Numbered from the stretch's first letter, positions 9,355 through 19,453 are shown. The stretch: 48,292 nucleotides of DNA from an uncultured Bdellovibrionales bacterium (GCA_964508015.1 CAZDRG010000001.1:1-48292), one strand, 5' to 3'. Notes: generated by a model from the letters alone, not told the origin. A program made the numbers and translations.

Positions 9355-10641
9355 CTACGCAGAGTGCAATTCAGAATAGATGCGGAGAAGACGGTTATAC
9401 TTAGCCAAGCGCTCTCCGCGCGAGAGAGATCCTGTCTTAATAAAGCGTGAACCAGCCCCTACGGCAAGATCCGCGATAAAATCATCTCCTGTCTCCCCCG
9501 ATCGATGGGAAACAACTGTGTCAAGGCCATTCGAGTGAGCCAAAGTCATACAAGCCAATGTTTCAGAGAGCGTTCCAATTTGATTCGGCTTTATCAGAAC
9601 GCTATTACAAGATTTCGCGACCAATGCCTTCTCAACTCGCTCTTTATTCGTTACCAAAAGATCATCACCAATGATGAGTAGCTGCTTCCCCCAACTTGCA
9701 GGAGTAACAGTTAATTTGTCACTCATCTCACGCCAACCGTTCCAGTCCTCTTCATGGAGTCCATCTTCAAGAGAAACAATGTGATATTTTTCAATCCATT
9801 CTCGATACAAATTCGTGAGTCGATCACGAGTGAGATTCGCCCCTTCAGGCTGCATCTGATACATATCTTGCTCGGGAACATAGAAGGAATTTGCTGCGAC
9901 ATCAAGGCCAAGAAACACCTGTTTACCACTCTCATAACCCGCTTGCCCAATGGCTTGATTAATTTTTTCCAACGCCTGCGCGTGACTTTCGAGGCGAGGC
10001 GCAAATCCACCCTCGTCTCCAACGCCTGTTGAGAAATGATCAGTTTCAAGTAGTTTTTTGAGTGCATGAAAAATCTCGCTCCCCGCTCGCAATTGTTCTG
10101 GGTAAGAAACAATGCCGCTCGGCACTAATTTAAACTCTTGAACTGAGAGCCCGGAGTCACTGTGTTTCCCTCCATTCAGAATATTAAACATCGGCGTTGG
10201 AAAACGATTCATATCGAGAGACACCGCCATCATTTCGGCAATATACCGGTAGAGAGGAATCTGACGACTGAGAGCAGTAGCCCGAGCGGCTGCCAAAGAA
10301 ATACCAAGGAGTGCGTTTGCGCCAACACGGGATTTGTTTGGAGTCCCGTCGCATTCTCTAAGAATCGTGTCCAAGGAAAGCTGTTCGGCTGCATCGGTTC
10401 CCCTGACAGCATCACGCAATTCTCCGTTAACAAAACCAATCGCCTGCAACACACCAAGCCCGCCATAACGTCCAGCGTCACCATCACGAAGTTCGTGCGC
10501 TTCAAAAGTACCCGTTGAAGCACCCGACGGGACTCCGGCGACTGAAACCGTTCCATCTTCCAGGATCATGGTGACTTCGACTGTTGGATTACCACGAGAA
10601 TCAAGAATCTCACGCCCAGAAATATCTTTAATTATAGTCAT
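9355..10641 (-). CDS. eno: enolase
   Basis: 428 aa. The N-terminus IKDISGREILDSRGNPTVEV and the SHRSGET motif are present. Confidence 0.95.
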   Translation of the reverse strand: MTIIKDISGREILDSRGNPTVEVTMILEDGTVSVAGVPSGASTGTFEAHELRDGDAGRYGGLGVLQAIGFVNGELRDAVRGTDAAEQLSLDTILRECDGTPNKSRVGANALLGISLAAARATALSRQIPLYRYIAEMMAVSLDMNRFPTPMFNILNGGKHSDSGLSVQEFKLVPSGIVSYPEQLRAGSEIFHALKKLLETDHFSTGVGDEGGFAPRLESHAQALEKINQAIGQAGYESGKQVFLGLDVAANSFYVPEQDMYQMQPEGANLTRDRLTNLYREWIEKYHIVSLEDGLHEEDWNGWREMSDKLTVTPASWGKQLLIIGDDLLVTNKERVEKALVAKSCNSVLIKPNQIGTLSETLACMTLAHSNGLDTVVSHRSGETGDDFIADLAVGAGSRFIKTGSLSRGERLAKYNRLLRIYSELHSA

Positions 10642-10704
10642 AAATATGTCAGATCAATCTATTTAGTCGAAAGAAAACTCTAGCACGGCAACTCCTCGGT
10701 TTGC

Positions 10705-11766
10705 TTATTGCACCCGAGCGTCTCGGAGAGCGACGATACCTGGCAAGTCAACACCACTCATGTATTCCAACATGGCACCACCACCAGAAGAAACAAAACT
10801 AACCCGATTCATTGCATCAGCCGCTTCCAATACTGCGAGTGACTCGCCACCACCAATTATCACTTCCGCTTCTGTATCAAGAATAGCGTGTAAAATAGCA
10901 TCGGTTCCAATATCATAAGGCTTTTCCTCAAATTTCCCCATCGGCCCATTCCAGACAATAGTCTTAGCCGTTTTGATAATCTTGGTGAAGTAAGCAATCG
11001 TTTGCGCACCAATATCGAAACGTTCAGGAGCATTAAAATCTATTGGGAGAAGCACCTTGGGCGAAAATTCTATCTTTTGATCGAGCGCTTCATTCGCAAC
11101 CATTCCTCCGACGAGAATACAATCATAATTTGGCTCAAGAGCCTTAATCAAAGGAAGTTTTGTTTCAATTTTTGCCCCGCCAATAATAGCGATGGCTGGA
11201 TGCTCAGGATTAAGTCTTGTTTGATCCAGTTTTTCCATTTCTTCGAGTAAACGATAACCTGCAAAAGAAGGAAGGAACTTCGGAATCACTGTCACCGATG
11301 CATGATTTCGATGACAGACGCTAAACGCCTCATTCACAAATACATCAAATGGTCGTGCGAGATCCTTAGCTAATTCAATATCGCCTTCCTCTTCACCCTT
11401 TTTAAAACGGACATTTTCGAGAAGAAGCAACTCGCCTGGTTGCTGCTGTGCGAGCGCTTTCATAACCACATCCCCGGTACAATCAGAAACAAAAGTGACT
11501 TTCTTGCCTGTTGCATTTGCAACGCTCGCCACCAAACGCTCCGTCGAAGACGCAGCATCATACGCTCCTTCTTTCGGTCTTCCAAAATGAGTGAGCAAGG
11601 CTATTTTTGATCCCTCCTGCTCCCCTAAAAATTTCAGTGTTTCTTTGACAACATGAAATCGAAAATGTTCGTGAACATTCTTTATATCATCAAGCTCAAC
11701 ATTGTAATCTACTCGGACAAGTATATTTTTTCCTTTGAAATCTCCCTGGCGAAGTGTTTTCAGCAT
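10705..11766 (-). CDS. pgk: phosphoglycerate kinase
   Basis: 353 aa with LVRVDYNV, an N-terminal domain and a C-terminal GGGAMLEY-type nucleotide-binding region. Confidence 0.88.
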   Translation of the reverse strand: MLKTLRQGDFKGKNILVRVDYNVELDDIKNVHEHFRFHVVKETLKFLGEQEGSKIALLTHFGRPKEGAYDAASSTERLVASVANATGKKVTFVSDCTGDVVMKALAQQQPGELLLLENVRFKKGEEEGDIELAKDLARPFDVFVNEAFSVCHRNHASVTVIPKFLPSFAGYRLLEEMEKLDQTRLNPEHPAIAIIGGAKIETKLPLIKALEPNYDCILVGGMVANEALDQKIEFSPKVLLPIDFNAPERFDIGAQTIAYFTKIIKTAKTIVWNGPMGKFEEKPYDIGTDAILHAILDTEAEVIIGGGESLAVLEAADAMNRVSFVSSGGGAMLEYMSGVDLPGIVALRDARVQ

Positions 11767-11850
11767 ATATGTATTATTTTATCAGAAATTATGAACTCCT
11801 CTTCATTATTATAAACGATTTTTTACGAAGACGCTCCTACCCCCTCAATC

Positions 11851-12957
11851 TTAACGCGATCCCATGCCCAGAATTGCCATAATGACTCCAAGAAGTGCTG
11901 TCACAGCAGTGAATATCCAGGCCCGCATAACCACCTTAGGTTCTGGCCAGCCCTTCGCCTCAAAATGGTGATGGAGAGGTGCTGCTAAAAAAATCTTTCT
12001 GCCAAAAAAACGCTTACTCGTCAGCTGAAGTACAACACTTAAAGATTCTAATCCATAAATAGCTACCACTATAAACAGGGCGATAACCGAGTTCGTCAGA
12101 AGAGCCACGACACCCAGTGTTGTTCCGAGGGCGATCGCTCCGGTATCACCCATAAAAAATCGAGCTGGATAGATATTGAACCACAAGAATGCAAGAAGAG
12201 CGCCAGATACGGCCGCGCAAAATGACGCCAGGTCAGCTTTATTGTGCATAAAAGCAATAAAGGTAAAGGCGGTAAACGCAACCAGAAGCACTCCTCCGTT
12301 CAGACCATCGAGCCCGTCCGTTTCATTAGAAGAAATTGCCATGAACAAAATCACGAAAATAAACAATGGGATATACCAAAGTCCGATAGTGAAGTCGCCC
12401 ACTGCTGGAATGTGAATTGAGTCCCAACCAAGTTTGGCATAAAACCACCAAGACCCAAGCCCAGCAATAAGAAAAAGCCACCAGAATCGAAAAGCAAATC
12501 GTATCCCTCCTCCCTTATTAGAACCAATTTTCCTGACACTACAGTAATCATCAAGGAGTCCTAATACACCTGCTGTGACCAAAGCAAAAAGCGGTAGCCA
12601 CGTCTCTCGACGTCGAAGAAAATCAAGATTGGCGATAAAATTCGCTCCCGTCCAATCGGCAATAAACGGAAAGACAAACTGAGAAGCAAGAATCAACACG
12701 AGAACCGACACCCAAACAATAACTCCGCCCATGGTTGGAGTCCCTTCTTTGGCAGCGTGTAACTTACTGACGAAAGTGAGCTCATCACCCTGAACGCCGG
12801 TTTTCTTAATTTTAATTCCTATTTTGAATCGGTAGAGAATATGTGTCCACAATGGAGTAATCGCAAAAGCCAAGAGGAAAGAGAGTACTCCCGTAATGAG
12901 AATCTTAAAAACATTCGCCATTTCTGGAGCATATTGTACCTGTGGAATATCGAACAT
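11851..12957 (-). CDS. mraY: phospho-N-acetylmuramoyl-pentapeptide transferase
   Basis: 368-aa polytopic protein with NETDGLDGL and MGDTGAIALG motifs. Confidence 0.9.
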   Translation of the reverse strand: MFDIPQVQYAPEMANVFKILITGVLSFLLAFAITPLWTHILYRFKIGIKIKKTGVQGDELTFVSKLHAAKEGTPTMGGVIVWVSVLVLILASQFVFPFIADWTGANFIANLDFLRRRETWLPLFALVTAGVLGLLDDYCSVRKIGSNKGGGIRFAFRFWWLFLIAGLGSWWFYAKLGWDSIHIPAVGDFTIGLWYIPLFIFVILFMAISSNETDGLDGLNGGVLLVAFTAFTFIAFMHNKADLASFCAAVSGALLAFLWFNIYPARFFMGDTGAIALGTTLGVVALLTNSVIALFIVVAIYGLESLSVVLQLTSKRFFGRKIFLAAPLHHHFEAKGWPEPKVVMRAWIFTAVTALLGVIMAILGMGSR

Positions 12958-13032
12958 ACTGTATGATTAAATACTCTTTTTAGGACACTGTGCAATGAAA
13001 TATTCTCTTACTTTATCCTAGCAAACTTGTGA

Positions 13033-14070
13033 TTACTGCCAATCGAATGACCGAAAGCTCCAGTCAAACATCGAACGAATACTCTGCCACCGATACTGAT
13101 CATCCAGGACAACTGCTACCACCCGGTGATTTGATTCAGGGTGATGAGCCACTGCCAGGAGCGTCCGACCAGCCAGTGGTGTAAATCCAGTTTTCGTGCC
13201 AATGAGATTCGGCATTTGTCCGAGTAGTTCATCAGTGTTTAAGATATCATGCTGATACTTCCCGTCCACCGAAGAAATTTTCGCCGTCTCGAAACGCATC
13301 ATTTCCCAGAGGATATCGTGTTTCAAGGCCTGCATAGTCATCTTGGCCACATCTCGAGCACTTGAGTAACATTCATGCTCACGCCCGTCAGGCTCAAGAC
13401 CTGAAGGTGTACAAAAGTGAGTTTCTGTCATGCCGAGCTCCTTTGCCCGCTTATTCATGATTGTAGCAAATCCAGATTGAGTTGTCCCAATATGCTTCCC
13501 CAAAGCGATGGCTGCATCATTCGCGCTATTCATCAACGCTGCTTTGAGTAAATCTCGGACAGTAATCTGTTCACCGATTTTCAATCGTTCACCGATGCAA
13601 TATCCGCTTCTCGGACAACCAACGCGCGTTCCTTCCGCATAGACCGCTTCTTCATCAATAGTCACTGGTTCATCAAGATTCTTTACCTCCTCAACCGTAA
13701 TAAGAGCCGTCATCAATTTCGTCAGCGATGCAATCTGTCGATGATCATTCGCATTATCTTCGAATAGCGTTTCTTGTGAATCAGTATCAACAATCACCGC
13801 TGAATGCGCTGTCGGAACAGCAAGTTTTGATGCTGATGGTTTGAGCACTGGCTGATAAGTCGATGAAAAAGCACGATTTTCAAGAGCAATCGGATCTGTG
13901 TTCTTTTTCGGTTCAGGCTTCAATAAAAGTGTTGCTTCTTGGTAAGGAAAGGTCTCTTGTAATTGCACTGGTTCATGATTCACAAGAGCGCCCAACAAAA
14001 CCCGAAGCTCACCAGCATTGAACCAGAGCACCCCACACAGAAATAGAGCCGCTAAAACTCTCAAATTCAT
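13033..14070 (-). CDS. D-alanyl-D-alanine carboxypeptidase (S11 family)
   Basis: Signal/anchor helix followed by SLTK (SxxK), SAN (SxN) and KTGFT (KTG) motifs. Confidence 0.8.
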   Translation of the reverse strand: MNLRVLAALFLCGVLWFNAGELRVLLGALVNHEPVQLQETFPYQEATLLLKPEPKKNTDPIALENRAFSSTYQPVLKPSASKLAVPTAHSAVIVDTDSQETLFEDNANDHRQIASLTKLMTALITVEEVKNLDEPVTIDEEAVYAEGTRVGCPRSGYCIGERLKIGEQITVRDLLKAALMNSANDAAIALGKHIGTTQSGFATIMNKRAKELGMTETHFCTPSGLEPDGREHECYSSARDVAKMTMQALKHDILWEMMRFETAKISSVDGKYQHDILNTDELLGQMPNLIGTKTGFTPLAGRTLLAVAHHPESNHRVVAVVLDDQYRWQSIRSMFDWSFRSFDWQ

Positions 14071-14078
14071 ACACCATT

Positions 14079-14684
14079 TCAGACAGAAGAAGTATCACTT
14101 TGCATATCGGTACTCGCAGGCGGCTGCACTGATTTCTCTTGCTCGATCAATTGAAGGAGTCGCTCATCATTCTTCAGTGTTTCAAAATCAGGCAAATCCG
14201 AGACAGAAGAAACTCCCAGTGACTGAAGAAATTTAAAGGTTGGTTGATAGAGATATCCGCGACTCTCTTGGGGATTGCCGATTCGCTCAATCAGGTCTCG
14301 AAGAAGAAGATTCCGGAGCGTGAAACTGCAGTTTACTCCACGAATAGCCTCGATTTCAGATCGGGCAATTGGTGCGCGATATGAAATGATGGCCAAAACC
14401 TCAAGTGCGGCACGAGAGAGAGTCTCCTGAAGCGCCGCCTTCGTGAGCTGTTCCATAAATGGAGCATACAGGCCCTTGGTAGCCAATACCAAGCTTCCGC
14501 CATGTTGTACTACCTGAAGTCCTGATGCCTCATCATGTTCGAGTTTTTCTCGAAGCGTATCGATGAGATCAGCAAGTTCGGTAGTCGTTATGTCGAGTAT
14601 TTTTTCCAGGCGAACCAATGTCACCGGTTCTCCACTCACAAACAGGGCTGCTTCAAGCGCTCCGACAAGTTGTTTTTTCTCCAT
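14079..14684 (-). CDS. scpB: segregation and condensation protein B
   Basis: 201 aa with the EAALFVSGEPV start and tandem winged-helix-like layout. Lies downstream of scpA. Confidence 0.8.
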   Translation of the reverse strand: MEKKQLVGALEAALFVSGEPVTLVRLEKILDITTTELADLIDTLREKLEHDEASGLQVVQHGGSLVLATKGLYAPFMEQLTKAALQETLSRAALEVLAIISYRAPIARSEIEAIRGVNCSFTLRNLLLRDLIERIGNPQESRGYLYQPTFKFLQSLGVSSVSDLPDFETLKNDERLLQLIEQEKSVQPPASTDMQSDTSSV

Positions 14685-14751
14685 AATGAATGAATATTAT
14701 ACGCTCTACTAATTCATCTTGAGTCCTTATGGCTTTCGTACCATGGTAGAC

Positions 14752-15513
14752 TCATTCATTTGATACTATGTCCACCTGTTTTTTTGTTAAATCATGTTCA
14801 ATCCGACGCAGACGAATACCCTGAAAAAAATCATCCTGCTCAGCCACGAGAAAACATTGTTTGATCAATTCCAGCAGAGCAAGGAATGAAACGATTACCT
14901 CAGTCTTTTTGGAAGCAGATCCAGAAAACTCAGCAAACGATGTCTCTATACGATCCGCTAAATGATTCTGCAAGTGGAGAATTCTCTCTTCAAGAGACGC
15001 TACCTGTTCCACTATCTTCTCGGGTATTTCTTCGTACACCGGAATGTCTCCCAGCAGTGAGCGAAAGTGTCGCGCCAAATCATCGGCTGAAAAATCTTTC
15101 GGCGGGTAGAAGACCACTTGCGAACCCAAAAAACTCTCGCGAGAGAAAGATTCCTTTCGAAGTGTAAACGATGCACCAAGTACCACTGCCGCATCACGAA
15201 ACAATCTGTATTGACGCAGCCGCCATTCAAGATCATCTACCGATTCTTCTTCCTCCTCCGTAAATGTAAGCACCGGGAGAAGAGCTCTCGATTTGATTAA
15301 TAGTAATCGTGAAGCCACCGAGAGGAATGCCGCAAGATTTTCTAATGTGACATTTTTTTCGGTTGAAAGGTACTCCAGATACTGATCCGCAATCTGAGCC
15401 AGACTCACTGTTGTGATATCAAGCTTCTCTCGCTCAATAAGTGAGAGGAGTAAGTCCAACGGGCCCTCAAAATGATCCAATCGAAAATGATACCCCATAG
15501 GGAAACGAAACAA
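14752..15513 (-). CDS. scpA: segregation and condensation protein A
   Basis: 253 aa with FEGPLDLLLSLIEREKLDITTVSLAQIADQY, typical of ScpA kleisin. Confidence 0.85.
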   Translation of the reverse strand: MFRFPMGYHFRLDHFEGPLDLLLSLIEREKLDITTVSLAQIADQYLEYLSTEKNVTLENLAAFLSVASRLLLIKSRALLPVLTFTEEEEESVDDLEWRLRQYRLFRDAAVVLGASFTLRKESFSRESFLGSQVVFYPPKDFSADDLARHFRSLLGDIPVYEEIPEKIVEQVASLEERILHLQNHLADRIETSFAEFSGSASKKTEVIVSFLALLELIKQCFLVAEQDDFFQGIRLRRIEHDLTKKQVDIVSNE

Positions 15514-15738
15514 TCATCAAGAGAATACCCACAAACAAAAAACCTGACTGTCCAATAACACGAGCCAGTCATCCACTACCATAGCATTTTTCTGGCAGAG
15601 GAGAAAGAGAGAGGATGAAGCATCACTCTGGCGGTCCTCGGGAAGAAATTTGTCTTTATTAAAAAAATAATTGGTATTCATCAAATTATACCTCAATTGT
15701 TCCGCTTGGAAACATAAAAATATCTTGTAAAATGAAGC

Positions 15739-15769
15739 CGCCCCAGCACAGAATATTCTGCGTGGGGCG
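15739..15769 (-). terminator. stem-loop after the orphan gene 15792..16163
   Basis: cgcccca..cagaat|attctg..tggggcg forms an interrupted long hairpin 23 nt after the stop. The tail on the - strand is moderately T-rich. Confidence 0.5.
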
Positions 15770-15791
15770 ATAACGTGATCACTCGCACTCA

Positions 15792-16163
15792 TCATTTGGG
15801 CAAGGAATCCCTGGGACGGCAATGCCATTCCCAATTATTTCCTTTCTCTCGAGTCAGCACGAACAGGCATACCTGACCCGTGTGAGGATCCCTGACCCTG
15901 GTGGCGGGGAATGGGATGGACTCCACTTCTGGACACCGCCTCGACAGGTGGTTGAGAATCGAATGCTGCCTATGCAGACAGTACTCCTCCCAAAGCGCCA
16001 TCATTTGGCGTCCACCCAAGCGCTTGTCAGAGCGCCTCAAATGGCGCATGCTGACCCTCTTCAGTCGTCTGGCATCCCGTTTTTCACGGGTGAGCCATTC
16101 GTCAAAAAGAAAAAGGCCTCTGTCGAATACTTCCGGGACCGGCAATCCCTTCTTCGCGCACAT
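15792..16163 (-). CDS. orphan G+C-rich hypothetical protein (123 aa)
   Basis: ATG preceded by an AGGAG Shine-Dalgarno sequence 7 nt upstream. It has its own consensus promoter about 175 nt upstream and its own hairpin. The protein is basic and Cys/His-containing; no family recognised. Confidence 0.45.
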   Translation of the reverse strand: MCAKKGLPVPEVFDRGLFLFDEWLTREKRDARRLKRVSMRHLRRSDKRLGGRQMMALWEEYCLHRQHSILNHLSRRCPEVESIPFPATRVRDPHTGQVCLFVLTREKGNNWEWHCRPRDSLPK

Positions 16164-16346
16164 GATTCACTCCTCTTATCAGTGGCCTGACACTCAAAGC
16201 GAGTGAGTATGCCACGATACCGAATCACTGAAATCTGGCTGTGTCCCCAAGAGGTCCTGGAGAGAAACTTCAAGCCAATTTTCGGAAACTCTGTATCGCA
16301 ACCTACATCATGCCACCAAACAAACGATCGTTCATTTCGACTATAT

Positions 16347-16375
16347 ATTATACTCCTATTTATATTACTTGTCAA
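16347..16375 (-). promoter_or_regulatory. sigma70-type promoter TTGACA-N17-TATAAT
   Basis: - strand reads ttgaca agtaatataaataggag tataat. Both hexamers match the consensus exactly. Confidence 0.6.
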
Positions 16376-16394
16376 TGTCTCGCTCTCCATTCTC

Positions 16395-17618
16395 TCACAC
16401 AGAGCGCGTTTTCAGTTTGTGCGTTCTTTCGAATTCGCTTTCCGTGTCCGTCAGTTCAAAAATATGAAAGAGCGCGAAGAAAAGCACTATCACGACGGCA
16501 CCAAATACTGATGGCAAACCAAAGAAAGACAGAAGCCCAACAGAGATCACCGCCCCAAGCATATTGGCAGCCGGACGAGCCATACGAAAAAAAGCAATAA
16601 TTTGTGTATCATCACCATCAATTTGCTTGTAAAAATACGAGTCACGCAATACCTCGATGGCTGCCACTCCGATACGTGATACAAACAGTATCCCTGCCCA
16701 TACCAAAAGACTCTTTCCGTCGTACAAAATAACACCAATCGTCGCTACGATAGTAAGCAGAAAAGAAAGGGCAAGCATTTCTTTTTCTCCAAACCGTTTA
16801 TCCGCTAGCACACCGACCGGGTATTGAAGAAATACAAAAGGCAGAAGCATGATCGTAAAAATCAGACCAATTTCATTCCACGAAAATCCGATATTCTGGA
16901 GATGGAGCGCCATATAAATAATCATGATGGAGTAGAAGAACTCAATCGCGAAAGAAACAGCGAAGATGTGCTTGAGCGATGACCGGTGCATTACATCTCG
17001 AAGTGTTTGGAAAAAATACATTTTTGGATGGTGTATAATTCGATGTTCGGATCGAAAAAGAAGTACCGCTAAGAGTAAGACCACTATATATCCGACAAAC
17101 ACGATAATAAAAATAGCTGGATGCCCATAACGAGAAAGAATCTGAGTCGAAAGATACGGAGCAAGCAAGAAGCCCACATTCATGACCATCAAGTGAAAAC
17201 CGCGGATTCTTCCTGAGAGGTGATCTTCCGAGTAATTCTCCAAAAGAACATCCAGCGCCACCCAAACGGTATTGGAAAATGCGAGATACAAAATACCAAA
17301 AAAGAGCCCAATCACTCCCGCAGAAACACTCGGTAGAATACCTATCGCCAGAAGAGAGAGACCGAGACAAAAAACAAGATAGCGCACCCTTCCTATCTGA
17401 CGCACAAAAGCATCGAGCGAAAGGAGTAAGCCCAAATGAATACTGAAAATCACAAAATACACCACTCCGACCAACTGCTCCCCCACGATACTTGAAAAAT
17501 AGCTTGAGAGAGTATAGATCACGAATGCATCAATGAAGCCGAGCAAAAAAGAAAGTAACGAAATACTCGATGTTTTTTTCTTGCTGAATTGTTCTTCGTG
17601 TTTCAAATCAGGAGCCAT
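16395..17618 (-). CDS. MFS transporter
   Basis: About 12 hydrophobic segments. The start is moved to M50 (MAPDLK...) because the longer ORF overlaps the upstream gene. Confidence 0.75.
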   Translation of the reverse strand: MAPDLKHEEQFSKKKTSSISLLSFLLGFIDAFVIYTLSSYFSSIVGEQLVGVVYFVIFSIHLGLLLSLDAFVRQIGRVRYLVFCLGLSLLAIGILPSVSAGVIGLFFGILYLAFSNTVWVALDVLLENYSEDHLSGRIRGFHLMVMNVGFLLAPYLSTQILSRYGHPAIFIIVFVGYIVVLLLAVLLFRSEHRIIHHPKMYFFQTLRDVMHRSSLKHIFAVSFAIEFFYSIMIIYMALHLQNIGFSWNEIGLIFTIMLLPFVFLQYPVGVLADKRFGEKEMLALSFLLTIVATIGVILYDGKSLLVWAGILFVSRIGVAAIEVLRDSYFYKQIDGDDTQIIAFFRMARPAANMLGAVISVGLLSFFGLPSVFGAVVIVLFFALFHIFELTDTESEFERTHKLKTRSV

Positions 17619-17665
17619 ATTTTTTCTTATTGTACCGCAAAGTACACTCATTCCACAAGCCGATT

Positions 17666-18100
17666 TTACTTCACGCATCCTTGTTTCAGCCCACGCGCTT
17701 CCGCTTCGCTCTTCTCCTGAAAACACAATTTGTTCTCTGGTTTTATACGCTTCACAACCGCGCATGTTGCCGCGTGAAATAGTTTGGAATTTCGACTCGC
17801 AACAAAGGCGCAGACCCCCTGTGGAAGATTCTTAGTATCACTGAGAGTTGCGTTTATACGCTGACCCGATTCTTCTTGAGCATCATGAGTAGCTTGACCG
17901 AGAGAATGAACCCCTTCTTCGGGAGCAAGTTCAATACGAAGTGGCTCCTGATTCTTAGACATCCCATGAATAAACCCCGCCTCAAACCCAAGTATCCCCA
18001 CCGCGAGCACCCCGCCAAAAAGAATCAAAGAATCACGGTTTTTTCGAAACCACTTTCTCAAACTCCCAAACCGCCGAGAAATTTCTGGATTCCATTTCAT
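17666..18100 (-). CDS. membrane-anchored protein with C-terminal Ada-like (sunset) metal-binding domain
   Basis: TM helix LILFGGVLAVGILGFEAGFI, then a C-terminus FVASRNSKLFHAATCAVVKRIKPENKLCF..EAEARGLKQGC that resembles sunset/Ada N-terminal-like domains. Start chosen at MKWNPE. Confidence 0.6.
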   Translation of the reverse strand: MKWNPEISRRFGSLRKWFRKNRDSLILFGGVLAVGILGFEAGFIHGMSKNQEPLRIELAPEEGVHSLGQATHDAQEESGQRINATLSDTKNLPQGVCAFVASRNSKLFHAATCAVVKRIKPENKLCFQEKSEAEARGLKQGCVK

Positions 18101-18189
18101 AGGATAGTGACTGATATTGACAGTATCGCAAAGCATGTTATACTCTTTCAGTATACCGTACAGGTGATAAATACGTAATATCTGAAACT

Positions 18190-18477
18190 ATGGCACATAG
18201 AAAAGCCGGTGGTTCAACTGACCTTGGCCGTGATTCGATTTCAAAGCGTCTTGGAGTCAAAATTTTCGGTGATCAACGAGCAGAAACTGGCAACATTATC
18301 CTTCGTCAGCGTGGTACAAAATTCCATCCCGGCAACGGTGTGGCTCGCGCATGCGACGATACGCTTTTCGCCATGATTTCTGGCAAAGTACACTTCCAGG
18401 TAAAAAAAGTGACCAGTTTCACTGGCCGCCTTGTCAAACGCACTTTCGTGCACGTAGTCACTGAGGAGAGCAAATAA
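18190..18477 (+). CDS. rpmA: 50S ribosomal protein L27
   Basis: [40 protein letters not shown], the canonical L27 pattern. Confidence 0.92.
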   Translation: MAHRKAGGSTDLGRDSISKRLGVKIFGDQRAETGNIILRQRGTKFHPGNGVARACDDTLFAMISGKVHFQVKKVTSFTGRLVKRTFVHVVTEESK

Positions 18478-18998
18478 CCGCTTGGTCTCAAGAAGAAAAA
18501 AGCAAAATCCCCGACACCAGTGGTTCGGGGATTTTTTGGCCGATATTTTTCGGCAAAACTATCGGGGAGAGAATTTTTCGAAGGAAATCTGCATGTCCCA
18601 TTTTCCAGTACCTGCATCGTATACTTTAGCAACCTGATTTTCACTTGCGCAAACAGGAAGTGAAAGCGTACAGCGAAACCCTGGGCCGAATCTTGAGGAG
18701 AAATATGCCGTAACTGTTCCATAAGAATACTCCGGTTTCTCATATTTCCTTTGCGGATTTTCAGATCCTCACCTCCTTCCGGCGTATCGCCGAAAATCAC
18801 GTAAAATGAATACAAGTCCATCCAGTGTATCGAAACCGTCTTGGCTGTATTCCACTTGGGAGTAAACTGTATTTCCCCCACCGGACTCTCGTCAACTGAT
18901 GGAAACAGCGCTCCATAAAACGTGGAATCTGTGAATAACTGTCTCACGAATGTAAGCAATTCGCTGGCGAACGCACTTGGTTTCTTTGAAGGCGACAT
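18306..18998 (-). CDS. hypothetical protein; 3' part doubtful (runs through the rpmA terminator and into rpmA)
   Basis: Good start (AGGAG 6 nt before the ATG at 18998, promoter-like TTGACT-N17-TATCAA upstream). The frame stays open across the rpmA terminator and 172 nt of rpmA, so a frameshift or pseudogene is possible. Confidence 0.3.
   Translation of the reverse strand: MSPSKKPSAFASELLTFVRQLFTDSTFYGALFPSVDESPVGEIQFTPKWNTAKTVSIHWMDLYSFYVIFGDTPEGGEDLKIRKGNMRNRSILMEQLRHISPQDSAQGFAVRFHFLFAQVKIRLLKYTMQVLENGTCRFPSKNSLPDSFAEKYRPKNPRTTGVGDFAFFFLRPSGYLLSSVTTCTKVRLTRRPVKLVTFFTWKCTLPEIMAKSVSSHARATPLPGWNFVPR
18505..18538 (+). terminator. rho-independent terminator of rpmA
   Basis: aaatccccga-caccagtggt-tcggggattt followed by a T-run. 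Confidence 0.7.
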
Positions 18999-19138
18999 GT
19001 ACACTCCTCTCTTTCGGTTTGTAAAAGACTTTTCCACTCTCGATTCAGAGCCTTTCTTGATACCACGAATATTTATCAAAGTCAAAAAATCCCCTCCTCA
19101 TTCTGAGGTCTTCTTATCTCTCAAAAATACCCTCGGAA

Positions 19139-19215
19139 TGGTGGTCGCACCTGGACTCGAACCAGGGACCTCTGCAATGTGAATGCAGCGTTCTAACCAA
19201 CTGAACTATGCGACC
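19139..19215 (-). tRNA. tRNA-Val (anticodon CAC), CCA encoded
   Basis: Manual cloverleaf: GGTCGCA/TGCGACC acceptor stem, GTTC/GAAC D stem, CTGCA-TTCACAT-TGCAG anticodon arm, CCTGG-TTCGAGT-CCAGG T arm, A73, CCA. Confidence 0.9.
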
Positions 19216-19219
19216 CTAG

Positions 19220-19424
19220 ATCTCTCTCGAATCTCACCGCCCAAGGAAAGCAAAAAAGAATGCTTACCGGTGAAAACAAGAATATTTCAGCTGTAAACCT
19301 CTCAAAGCTTGTCAGGTTATCTCGATAGCCTGCCCAAGTCAGTGGCAGACAAGCCTTTCGCACTTTTCAAGGTTTCCATCTCGAAATATTCTTGTTTTCC
19401 CTCGATATGAGATTTGAGAGAGAT
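19220..19424 (-). ncRNA. ~205-nt extended imperfect hairpin (rod-like RNA, or MITE-like inverted repeat)
   Basis: Outer 17-nt arms 19220..19236 / 19408..19424 have one G.T position. Inner perfect 17-bp arms are 19272..19288 / 19383..19399. The apical 94 nt pair further (aaacct/aggttt, aagcttgtc/gacaagcct, ctgcc/ggcag). Strand inferred from the upstream promoter and the tRNA. Confidence 0.4.
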
Positions 19425-19453
19425 ACTAAAATACTCACCCTTCTAACGCTCGT

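Noticed and set aside
16061-16390. 109-aa - strand ORF and + strand ORFs 15822..16190 / 15901..16206 in the G+C-rich patch
   Set aside because: The 16390 start lies upstream of the consensus promoter. The + strand ORFs lack Shine-Dalgarno sequences and overlap the better-supported 15792..16163 frame. High GC inflates spurious ORF length.
17619-17765. N-terminal 49-residue extension of the MFS transporter ORF
   Set aside because: It overlaps the 3' end of the sunset-domain gene and is not hydrophobic. The internal Met at 17618 precedes the first TM segment.
19220-19424. Assigning the long hairpin specifically as SRP RNA or 6S RNA
   Set aside because: I could not find the SRP domain IV GGAA/AGCA motifs. 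6S RNA has too little primary-sequence conservation to call by eye. It is kept only as an unclassified structured element.
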